Shown here: in pieces, positions 55,127-62,702 of the stretch
Position numbering within the stretch: the first letter of the stretch is position 1
Layout: each line of letters begins with the position of its first letter
The notes under the pieces: model-generated
What the model saw: the letters and a program-made list of their open reading frames with translations, nothing else
Told to the model about the DNA's origin: nothing
Databases searched by the model: none
Made by a program: the position numbers and the translations under genes
From: an uncultured Candidatus Saccharibacteria bacterium
Lineage (GTDB): Bacteria; Patescibacteriota; Minisyncoccia; Phycocordibacterales; UBA1006
DNA: 62,702 bases
Reading direction: 5' to 3'
Assembly (NCBI GenBank): GCA_964350165.1
Contig: CAYGJA010000002.1
Coordinates: 1-62,702 of the forward strand

Positions 55127-56650
55127 TTAGCGTGCAAACTCGATAACTCGACTTTCGCGAATCACTGTTACTTTGATCTCACCAGGATATTTGAGGTCGG
55201 TCTGAATCTTGTCGGCCAAGTTTCTGGCTAGGTTTTTTGACTCCAAATCTGACAATGCAGTAGGGGAGACAAAAACGCGAATTTCTCGGCCAGCTTGGAG
55301 GGCATAGGTTTTTTCTACTCCCGCAAAAGTATTGGCTACGTTTTCTAATTCTTCGAGGCGCTTGAGGTAATTCTCGACACTATCACGGCGAGCACCAGGA
55401 CGGCCACCAGATATATTGTCGGCGGCTTGAACCAGCACCGCTTCGATGGAGGCATGAGGCCAGTCATCATGGTGAGATTTCATGGCATCAATAATTCTTG
55501 GGTCAGCACCAAATTTTTCCAGAATACGCATGCCGATTTTGACGTGGCCACCAGGCATTTCGTGATCGAGGGCTTTACCGATGTCGTGCACGAGGGCGCC
55601 TGTTTTGGCGACAGCAACATTGGCTCCGATTTCTTCGGCGAGCATGCCGGCTATGTGGGCCATTTCGATAGAATGTTGCAAGACATTCTGTCCGTAACTG
55701 GTACGAAAATGAAGCCTACCTAGAATGGCTATGATGCGAGGATCCAAGTCAATAATCCCTAATTCGTAGACCGCCTCTTCGCCTTTGGTTTTTATGATTT
55801 TATTAATTTCATGCTTGGCTTCTTCGACAAATTCTTCTATTTTTGCGGGTTGGATGCGACCATCCAAAAGTAAGTTTTCGAGAGCTAGGCGAGCGATTTG
55901 GCGCCTAATAGGGTCAAAGGAGGAGATGACGATTGCTCCAGGAGTATCGTCAACAATCAGTTCCACACCAGACTCTCGTTCAAAGGCGCGAATATTGCGA
56001 CCTTCTTTTCCGATAATTTTCCCCTTCATTTCTTCACTAGAAATAGATACCGAGGTGGTGGTGAGGTCTTGGGCAGTGGAGGCGGCATATCGTTGCACTA
56101 CGGTTGCCAGGATGTCTTTGGCGCGCTCCTCGAGAGCTGATTGATTGGTTTGTTCTAGTTTTTGGATGCTCTGCAAAAGATCCAATTCGGCTTGTTTTTC
56201 TATTTTTGTCAAAAGCTCTTGTTTGGCTTGCTCTGGTGTGTAGCCACTAACAGAGCTGAGTTTTTCTAGAATAGTGCTTTCTTTTTCGATGATCTTTTTT
56301 TTAATTTCTTCGAGAGCGGAACGAAAGTCTTGGTTCTGTTTTTCTTTTTGTTCAAGCTCTTTTAGTTTTGTTTCCAAGGAAATTTCTTTTTTGGACAAGC
56401 GTTGTTCTGCTTGTTGTAGGGTAGTGCGAAGCTCTTTGGCTTCTGCTTTATTTTCCTGCAGAAGTTGCTCTGCTTTTGCTTCGGCTTCTTTTACGATTGA
56501 TCTCGCTTGTTGTTCGGCTTCTTCTATTTTTTGTTCTATCTGCTGTTCAGCGGTTTTTTTGTTGGTAAGTGCCATGGCCATGCGAAACACATAACCAGCA
56601 ACGCCACCGATGGTAACCAAAAGGAGTACCAATAAAAATTGTTCGGTCAT
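55127..56650 (-). CDS. rny: Ribonuclease Y
   Basis: TM plus coiled coil, KGKIIGKEGRNIR KH domain, LVHDIGK HD domain, GGRPGARR. Confidence 0.96.
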   Translation of the reverse strand: MTEQFLLVLLLVTIGGVAGYVFRMAMALTNKKTAEQQIEQKIEEAEQQARSIVKEAEAKAEQLLQENKAEAKELRTTLQQAEQRLSKKEISLETKLKELEQKEKQNQDFRSALEEIKKKIIEKESTILEKLSSVSGYTPEQAKQELLTKIEKQAELDLLQSIQKLEQTNQSALEERAKDILATVVQRYAASTAQDLTTTSVSISSEEMKGKIIGKEGRNIRAFERESGVELIVDDTPGAIVISSFDPIRRQIARLALENLLLDGRIQPAKIEEFVEEAKHEINKIIKTKGEEAVYELGIIDLDPRIIAILGRLHFRTSYGQNVLQHSIEMAHIAGMLAEEIGANVAVAKTGALVHDIGKALDHEMPGGHVKIGMRILEKFGADPRIIDAMKSHHDDWPHASIEAVLVQAADNISGGRPGARRDSVENYLKRLEELENVANTFAGVEKTYALQAGREIRVFVSPTALSDLESKNLARNLADKIQTDLKYPGEIKVTVIRESRVIEFAR

Positions 56651-56881
56651 AGTAGTATTCAGATTTGCTCTACCAACAACTAGTGGCCAACCGAATAGGG
56701 TGGCACAGAAAAATCATATGTTCTTTTGAGGATGCAAAACATGAGGAAGGTTCGGAGAAAAGAAGTCAGGAAAGAGCATTTCCGAAGGACAAGCTGGTAA
56801 ATAACGAGAGCTCTGAATGGTTTCTCGATCGGGATATTGTCAGTTTATCAGGCTGAAGTGTTTTCTCAAAGGGGGCCCTGA

Positions 56882-57469
56882 TTATTTGGAAGAGTTGTTG
56901 ATCATGATTTTGTCAACAATTCCATATGCCAGAGCTTCGTCTGCGTCCATCCAATAGTCGCGATCCATGTCTGTCATTATTTTGCTCAGGTCTTGGTTAC
57001 AATTATCAGCAAGCATCTGTGCTAGTTTGTTGCGGGTCTTGATGATTTGTTTTGCTGTAATTTCAATATCACTGGCTTGTCCCTGAGCACCGCCTAGCGG
57101 TTGATGAATCATGACCTCGGCGTTAGGTAGCACAAAACGCTTACCCTTGGCTCCGTGTGATAGAATCATTGCTCCCATGGAGGCAGCCATTCCGACACAT
57201 ACTGTAGAAATATCGGGTTTGACGTGATTCATGGTGTCAATAATGGCCATACCCGCATGAACATGTCCGCCAGGGGAGTTCACATACAGAAAAATGTCTT
57301 TCTTGGGGTCAGAAGATTCTAAAAAGAGTAATTGAGCAACGATCAGGTTGGCTGTATGGTCGTTGACGTCTTCACCCAGGAAAATAATGCGCTCTTTGAG
57401 TAGGCGAGAATAGATATCATAGGCGCGTTCTCCATTTTGTGTCTTTTCGATTACGGTTGGAATAAGCAT
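56882..57469 (-). CDS. clpP: ATP-dependent Clp protease proteolytic subunit
   Basis: [35 protein letters not shown]. Confidence 0.97.
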   Translation of the reverse strand: MLIPTVIEKTQNGERAYDIYSRLLKERIIFLGEDVNDHTANLIVAQLLFLESSDPKKDIFLYVNSPGGHVHAGMAIIDTMNHVKPDISTVCVGMAASMGAMILSHGAKGKRFVLPNAEVMIHQPLGGAQGQASDIEITAKQIIKTRNKLAQMLADNCNQDLSKIMTDMDRDYWMDADEALAYGIVDKIMINNSSK

Positions 57470-57498
57470 AGATGAGATAGGCTAGTTGATAGGTGATT

Positions 57499-58602
57499 TT
57501 ATTTTATACCATCCAAGAAAGAAAATACCGCCTGGTTTTGCATGACTTCGGCTACGTAAGCTTGGATGCTTTGCTTAGAAGCGTTGGGGTTATCTTTGTA
57601 CATTTCCATGAGGGTATCGACTTCTTTGTGGAAAAGCTCTTCGTCTGGCTTGATATCTTCGTCACGAGCGATTGTTTCGATGATAAGTCTGGTTTTGGCT
57701 CGTTTTTCAGCCGCTTCACGCATGTCTTCACGTACCTCTCCTTCGGATTTTTTGATACTTTCTAGATAGTCTTTGAATTCTAGTCCGCTCATCGCAATGT
57801 CGTGTTGCAACTGAGCCATAGCACGGTCTATTTCATAATTCGTTAAGAGTTCAGGCATATCTATGGTTGATGTTTCGAGCACAGTATCAATAATTTCCAT
57901 GTGTCGTTCTTCTTGAGCTCGTTTTTCTTTTTCTTCGCCCAGATTTTCCTTTAGTTTTTTAGTGAAATCTTCCACGCTAGCAAAGTCACCCATGGCCTGT
58001 ACGTAGTCAAGAGTTAATTCTGGAAGTTCATCGTCGGTGATTTCTTCTAGTTTGGTGGGTACGAATTGTTCACCTTTTTCTTTAGCTTCTTTGGCTTTTT
58101 CTTCATCGCGTCGGGCTTGGGCGCGGAATTTTCGTAATTGGGTGATGGCTTCGGTTACTTCGTCGTCAGTGACAGTAACCGCTCTTTCTTTGGTGTTGGC
58201 CTCTTTGGCGATTTTTTTATAATCACCTAGGATTATCTCAGGAAGTACGGCCGTGGTGATGTTGAATTCTAGAGGATTACCAGCAGCAAGTTTAGTAATG
58301 TTTACCTGGGGGCGACCAATAGCCTGGATATTGTGCTCTGTGAGTACGGCTGGGTACCATTCTGCCAGAGCCATTTGAGCCATTTCGTCCAGAATTGCCA
58401 TGGCGCCAACTTCTTTTTCCACGATGGCCTCAGGAATGTTTCCCGATCGAAAACCGTCTACTTTTATCTTTTTCGAAAAAGTTTTGAGAGCAGCTGGTCG
58501 ATGTTTTTCAAGTGCCTCTGCGGTTATTTCTCCGGTAATGGTGACTTGGCTGTTTTCTTGCTTAGTAATGGTTGGTTGATTGGTTTGTTTTTTGTCCGTC
58601 AT
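57499..58602 (-). CDS. tig: Trigger factor (lacking most of the PPIase domain)
   Basis: VDGFRSGNIP ribosome-binding signature; 367 aa; upstream of clpP. Confidence 0.88.
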   Translation of the reverse strand: MTDKKQTNQPTITKQENSQVTITGEITAEALEKHRPAALKTFSKKIKVDGFRSGNIPEAIVEKEVGAMAILDEMAQMALAEWYPAVLTEHNIQAIGRPQVNITKLAAGNPLEFNITTAVLPEIILGDYKKIAKEANTKERAVTVTDDEVTEAITQLRKFRAQARRDEEKAKEAKEKGEQFVPTKLEEITDDELPELTLDYVQAMGDFASVEDFTKKLKENLGEEKEKRAQEERHMEIIDTVLETSTIDMPELLTNYEIDRAMAQLQHDIAMSGLEFKDYLESIKKSEGEVREDMREAAEKRAKTRLIIETIARDEDIKPDEELFHKEVDTLMEMYKDNPNASKQSIQAYVAEVMQNQAVFSFLDGIK

Positions 58603-58641
58603 AGTGGGTGCAGTGTACCAGGCTGGTGATGCCAGTCAACA

Positions 58642-58667
58642 AAAAACCCGCCAAAAGGCGGGTTTTT
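58642..58667. terminator. Bidirectional terminator-like hairpin
   Basis: AAAAACCCGCC-aaaa-GGCGGGTTTTT. Confidence 0.72.
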
Positions 58668-58691
58668 GCGTAGGTTTATAGGAGAAAAACT

Positions 58692-59159
58692 CTAGAAATT
58701 AATATCTTCTAGGATTTTGTCGATTTCTGCGAATTCTTGCTCGAATTCATCGATATTGAGTTGTTCCAATTCGGCGTTAACGTCATTAAGCTCAGCCGCA
58801 ATGTCAGACTCGCTGTTGAGGTTTCGATTGGATGCTTGCTGTTGACCAAAGGCTCCGCTTTGTTGCTCGGTGGTGGTGGTGGCCTGTTGACCATCTACTA
58901 CTGGTGAAGTGCTCGCTCCTTGCTTGGAAAGCATAAAGAAGATAGCACCAGCGGCAATGACAAGCACGATAACAACGACAAGGATAATAATGGCTGCGTT
59001 AGATTTTTTGGCAGGTGCATCAGAGAACATTGGTGCGTTTTGCATGTTGGACATCTGAGGAGCTTGTCCAACTGGAGGCATTCCACCGACTGGTGGTTGG
59101 CCAACATTTGGGTTCGGTGTGTTGGGACTATTGGGTTGTTGTGGATTTTGGAATTCCAT
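58692..59159 (-). CDS. TM-anchored small protein with an acidic C-terminal helix
   Basis: P/Q-rich N-terminus, TM helix, SESDIAAELNDV tail. Confidence 0.65.
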   Translation of the reverse strand: MEFQNPQQPNSPNTPNPNVGQPPVGGMPPVGQAPQMSNMQNAPMFSDAPAKKSNAAIIILVVVIVLVIAAGAIFFMLSKQGASTSPVVDGQQATTTTEQQSGAFGQQQASNRNLNSESDIAAELNDVNAELEQLNIDEFEQEFAEIDKILEDINF

Positions 59160-59184
59160 AATAACGAATGATAGTTAGTAATTT

Positions 59185-60183
59185 TTATTGAGCGCCTTGG
59201 CGTCCAGTTGGGGTAAAGCTAGGATTACCATCGCGTGGGTCATAGGTATCTTGGGTCTTTTGGTAGAACTCAAGCGCCTTTAGAACGTCATAGATAAGTG
59301 CTCGAACAGATTGGCGCACGTTAATAAAGGTTCCTTCGAGGATTGATAGTTCGGTGCGAAGCTTGTCAACCTGGACCTGAACAGCCTTGCTCATGCTTTC
59401 TGGGTCGGTAAATTCACACTCGCTATCGGTGGCGGTGCCATTATCTCGTCCACAATCGACATATTGGTCAATCTGGAGAACGGCTCCGGCTGCAAAAGCC
59501 TCGTCACGTAATTTTCGATAATCAGTTTGGAATGGACCAGTAATCCAGACCTGGTTGGTAGTGTGATTAGTATATCCTGTGCCAACAGTGGTTGGCGCCA
59601 CAGATGAAGGGCCACCAATCCACTCAATCTGAGCTATAAAGTGAGTAGAAGCAGACATGGGTTGATTTGAGGACGGCTGTAAACCATCAATAAGTTCAAC
59701 TCCACTGGCTGGAATTTCGTAGACAATACAGCCGGTTTGGTTGCCGGTACCGTCAAAACAATTAAGGAAGTTTTCGTATTTTTGGACAACGTCAAAAGCA
59801 ACCAACCCTTCTATTCCTGTTGCTTGGGCGGTGGCTGCGTCTACTGCCAAGGCAATATCCAGGTCTCGCAAAACCGTGACAACATTAGTTAGCCGGTCTG
59901 AGATGTTGGTAAAGAGACGCCAAAAAGGAAAAAGAGTAGCCTGAATATCTTGGGAGCTAGCGTTTACCTGAGCCAAAAGTCGGCCCTCATAATCAACTTC
60001 GAGTCGGTCGTCGATTTCCTGAAGACGCTTGGCGTCACGATCTAGGATTTCCACGTTGCGAGCGTTGTTGCGGTTAAGGATTTCTTGGGCGCGAGTAGTA
60101 GCTGACGATTGAGCCGTTGCCTGATAGAGTGGCAAGAACCCAATTGCAACCAACAGCGCCGCTGCAATGTATTTATATTTCAT
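59185..60183 (-). CDS. Secreted hypothetical protein, paralog of 60277-61590
   Basis: Signal peptide; shared motif blocks with the neighbouring ORF. Confidence 0.7.
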   Translation of the reverse strand: MKYKYIAAALLVAIGFLPLYQATAQSSATTRAQEILNRNNARNVEILDRDAKRLQEIDDRLEVDYEGRLLAQVNASSQDIQATLFPFWRLFTNISDRLTNVVTVLRDLDIALAVDAATAQATGIEGLVAFDVVQKYENFLNCFDGTGNQTGCIVYEIPASGVELIDGLQPSSNQPMSASTHFIAQIEWIGGPSSVAPTTVGTGYTNHTTNQVWITGPFQTDYRKLRDEAFAAGAVLQIDQYVDCGRDNGTATDSECEFTDPESMSKAVQVQVDKLRTELSILEGTFINVRQSVRALIYDVLKALEFYQKTQDTYDPRDGNPSFTPTGRQGAQ

Positions 60184-60276
60184 AACAATAAACCTACGTT
60201 GTTAAATCTAATAGTAGACACGAAAAGTATACCACTTTGGCGATAAGGCCCAAATATAAAGTGGGCCCCGTGTGGA

Positions 60277-61590
60277 CTATTGAGTTTTGGCGTGGTACTC
60301 CAGAGCCTCGAGAATATCGTAATTAAGAGCGCGATAAGCTTGGCGGATGATTTCTAATGAAATCCTCATGTCGTTAACTTGTTTTTTGAAGCCTTGAATT
60401 TGCAAATCTACGGCAAAGCGAAAGGGGGAATTATCAACGAATTCACAAACAAGCGGTGAACAATAGTCAATTGAAGGATAGGGTGGCGCTACCCAGGGAG
60501 GAAGTTGGTCGATTGTTTCGGATAGTTTTTCGTATTCTGGGAAGGGGGTGATGTTGAAAGAAGAGATAGGAGGATTAAGGTTAAGAATATCATTGAGCAA
60601 ATCCGTGAGAATGTTGATTGCTTGTTGTGGAAGAAGAATGAGCAGATTGCAAGGAGTGCTAATGGTGACGTCCAGCGGTAAGGCTAGCACATCTTCTATT
60701 TCTAGGGGGGTGTTTGGATTTTGCATTAGGTAATAATTGGGAAAATAGCGAGCCGGAACATTATTCAAGCATTGACTAGCATAACCTGTGACAATCTGGG
60801 TGCTTTGGGGTCCGTAATTAGGAAGAATTACCGGGTTACCATCACTATCGAAAATAATTCGCGCACTGCCATCTGGCAAAAATGGCGGCGGTAAAAAGGG
60901 CAAAAGGGTGATTGGTGGGCTCCAGCCACCATTCCCATCACGACCAAAGCCAATATTAAATCCTCCCGGAATAGAGGCCATGCCGTCGCTAAAGTTTTCC
61001 CAGGCAACACTGAGGAGGCGAGGGGAGAAAATTACTGGCAAACCGTTGTCGGTATTGGTACCGGCTACTCCACTGGCGGGTACGTCGTAGAGCAAACAGC
61101 GGCCGGAGTTTTGGTTGAGCCAGCCTGATCCAAAGTTATTGCCATTGGGGTAGTGCCTTCCGTCGAGACAATTCTGGGCGTTGTAGAATTTGTCCTGAAC
61201 ATCAAAAGGGACAACTCCGTCGGGTAGGTTGCCGGCTGGAGAAGAAAGGGCAATGCCACGACTGCGCATGACATTGTAAATCAGGTTGTACATGCGCATT
61301 TCTACGTTGGCCAGACGGCGAACAACTGGCAAAAAAGCAGCGTAGAGGTCTATGGAATAAGCGTCTATCTGAGGGATAACTCGGGTATAGTAGTGTTCAC
61401 GAAAGCGTTCATTGATTTCTTTCATGCGAGCCAGCTCTCGAGCAGTTGTTTCGACCGTGCGGGCGTTCTGGCGTTCGGTTTTGATAGCAGCTGCATCGGC
61501 CGCGGTCCTGTTTTGGGCCTGAGCAAAAGCAGGCAAAAAAGTAACTGCTAATAGTGTCAGAACAAGAAAGCATGATAATTGTTTTTTCAT
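60277..61590 (-). CDS. Secreted hypothetical protein, paralog of 59185-60183
   Basis: Signal peptide (AQA); shared motif blocks; TACAAT 7 nt before ATG. Confidence 0.7.
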   Translation of the reverse strand: MKKQLSCFLVLTLLAVTFLPAFAQAQNRTAADAAAIKTERQNARTVETTARELARMKEINERFREHYYTRVIPQIDAYSIDLYAAFLPVVRRLANVEMRMYNLIYNVMRSRGIALSSPAGNLPDGVVPFDVQDKFYNAQNCLDGRHYPNGNNFGSGWLNQNSGRCLLYDVPASGVAGTNTDNGLPVIFSPRLLSVAWENFSDGMASIPGGFNIGFGRDGNGGWSPPITLLPFLPPPFLPDGSARIIFDSDGNPVILPNYGPQSTQIVTGYASQCLNNVPARYFPNYYLMQNPNTPLEIEDVLALPLDVTISTPCNLLILLPQQAINILTDLLNDILNLNPPISSFNITPFPEYEKLSETIDQLPPWVAPPYPSIDYCSPLVCEFVDNSPFRFAVDLQIQGFKKQVNDMRISLEIIRQAYRALNYDILEALEYHAKTQ

Positions 61591-61618
61591 TATGTTGATT
61601 GTACCAAAACTTTTGCAT

Positions 61619-61650
61619 ACAAAAACCCAGCCGAATGGCTGGGTTTTTGT
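61619..61650. terminator. Bidirectional terminator-like hairpin
   Basis: ACAAAAACCCAGCC-gaat-GGCTGGGTTTTTGT, 14-bp perfect stem. Confidence 0.75.
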
Positions 61651-61671
61651 TGAGACAATTAGAACCGGTTA

Positions 61672-61980
61672 TTATTGGTTCAGTTCGGCTTCGAGGGCCT
61701 GTAGTTCTGCATCGAGCTGGCTTAGATCTGCAGCTGCATCAAGGTCTGCCTCAATGTCTACGACTTCGGTAGAGGTGCTGAGGGCGGCTTCGTTGGTAGC
61801 GGTTTCGTTTGCAACTTCGCTTTCGGTTGGAAGCATATCGATGTTCTCTACTAGAGCGTCATCGGCCTGGTTGACGTTCTCTTTTTGTGACAAGAGCACA
61901 CCTCCGACGAGGAGAATAATTATGACGACAATTGCGCCAATAATAGCTCCGGTTGATTTTCCTTCTTGATTTGGTTTCAT
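61672..61980 (-). CDS. TM-anchored small protein with an acidic C-terminal helix
   Basis: TM helix, then STSTEVVDIEADLD...LEAELNQ. Confidence 0.65.
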   Translation of the reverse strand: MKPNQEGKSTGAIIGAIVVIIILLVGGVLLSQKENVNQADDALVENIDMLPTESEVANETATNEAALSTSTEVVDIEADLDAAADLSQLDAELQALEAELNQ

Positions 61981-62013
61981 GTTTTTTACAAATGAGTAAG
62001 GTTAGTAATTTAG

Positions 62014-62700
62014 TTATTCGGTCTCTACTTCAGCTTCGGTGGTCGTTGCCACTGATGTGCGGACTTCTTTGATAGCCTTGATGGCTGTGCGGATAGAAGA
62101 ACCAGCACTTTTTAGGTTTTCATGTGCGGAACGCATAAGTTCGCGCAAGTTTTCCTTTTGGTTGTTGAGTTCTTCGGCAAAAGTATCACTGCTTACATCA
62201 AATTCTGACCAGGTGCTAACAAGTGCTTTGATGGCTGTAATGTCGGTTTCTGCAGATACCAAAAAAGTAGATGCATTGTCTAGTTCGATTTGGGCGACGG
62301 ACATGTCCTCTCCTTTTGCGGTCATGTTATCAATGGCTGTTTGAGTTCGTCCTTCGATTTGGGTGATTTTTCGGACGCCGCTTTCGAGACGGAGCACAAT
62401 GTTGTTGGACAATCTTGCGACTACGTCACCTCGTTTTTTGCGTACGATTTCTTGTCGTTCTTCTCGTTTTTCTTCCATGTCATCACGCATTTCTTCGCGA
62501 TCTTCTTTCATCTCATCACGCATTTCGGAGCGAGCTTCGCTGTCGGTTTCGCTATAAAGCTCGGCACGTTTTTCTTCCATGTTTTCCTGATGACTTTCTC
62601 TTGTTTCTTTCATCTCGTCACGGATTTCGGTCATGGCTTCACGAGTATCTTCTCGTTTTTCTTCCATGTCATCACGCATTTCTTCGCGATCTTCTTTCAT
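62014..62700 (-). CDS. Charged coiled-coil/helical-bundle protein, 5' end outside window
   Basis: E/R/M-rich repeats followed by amphipathic helices; ORF open at the window edge. Confidence 0.65.
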   Translation of the reverse strand: MKEDREEMRDDMEEKREDTREAMTEIRDEMKETRESHQENMEEKRAELYSETDSEARSEMRDEMKEDREEMRDDMEEKREERQEIVRKKRGDVVARLSNNIVLRLESGVRKITQIEGRTQTAIDNMTAKGEDMSVAQIELDNASTFLVSAETDITAIKALVSTWSEFDVSSDTFAEELNNQKENLRELMRSAHENLKSAGSSIRTAIKAIKEVRTSVATTTEAEVETE

Positions 62701-62702
62701 CT
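62461..62702. repeat. 53-bp perfect direct repeat (62461-62513 and 62650-62702), period 189 nt
   Basis: ttctcgtttttcttccatgtcatcacgcatttcttcgcgatcttctttcatct occurs twice; encodes MKEDREEMRDDMEEKRE. Confidence 0.9.

Noticed and set aside
56700-56880. RNase P RNA (GAGGAAGGTTCGG) or glycine riboswitch (GGAGA...CCGAAGG) resemblance
   Set aside because: No complementary P4 3' strand (ACAGAA..CGGCTTA); no CTCTCAGG; no downstream plus-strand gene for a riboswitch
1-62702. Alternative genetic code (TGA=Gly, as in Gracilibacteria/Absconditabacteria)
   Set aside because: Long genes are intact under code 11, and TGA ends genes at expected positions (for example the Xer recombinase at 48481)
1-62702. 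CRISPR array, rRNA, IS element or diversity-generating retroelement
   Set aside because: No regularly spaced repeats, rRNA motifs, transposase or reverse transcriptase seen; the paralog pair at 59-61 kb is too diverged at DNA level to be a TR/VR pair

Overview
Chromosomal segment of a Candidate Phyla Radiation (Patescibacteria, Parcubacteria-like) bacterium using genetic code 11. It spans the replication origin. dnaN and dnaA lie on the minus strand and rpmH-rnpA-yidD-yidC-jag on the plus strand. DnaA boxes flank dnaA on both sides, and a DnaA-trio unwinding element sits before dnaN. Left of the origin are tsaE, a surface protein, an extended PilB/GspE ATPase, an unannotated ~250-nt ncRNA (6S-like), ruvB, yebC, ruvC and a class A PBP. 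Right of the origin is a ~16-kb minus-strand type IV secretion-like cluster (VirB4-like ATPase, PrgI, VirB6-like protein, pilin fused to an M15 peptidase, large surface proteins). It is preceded on the same strand by rsmA, pcrA and two large orphan proteins. The rest holds housekeeping genes (LysM-M23, comM, dksA-like, NYN, rpsO, xerC-like, xth, cca, yraN, corA, HU, rny, clpP, tig), four tRNAs lacking encoded CCA, a distal DnaA-box cluster, and an array of paralogous secreted proteins cut by the window end. No CRISPR, rRNA, transposase or prophage was seen. All gene names come from motif recognition, not database searches. Several starts were moved from the ORF track.
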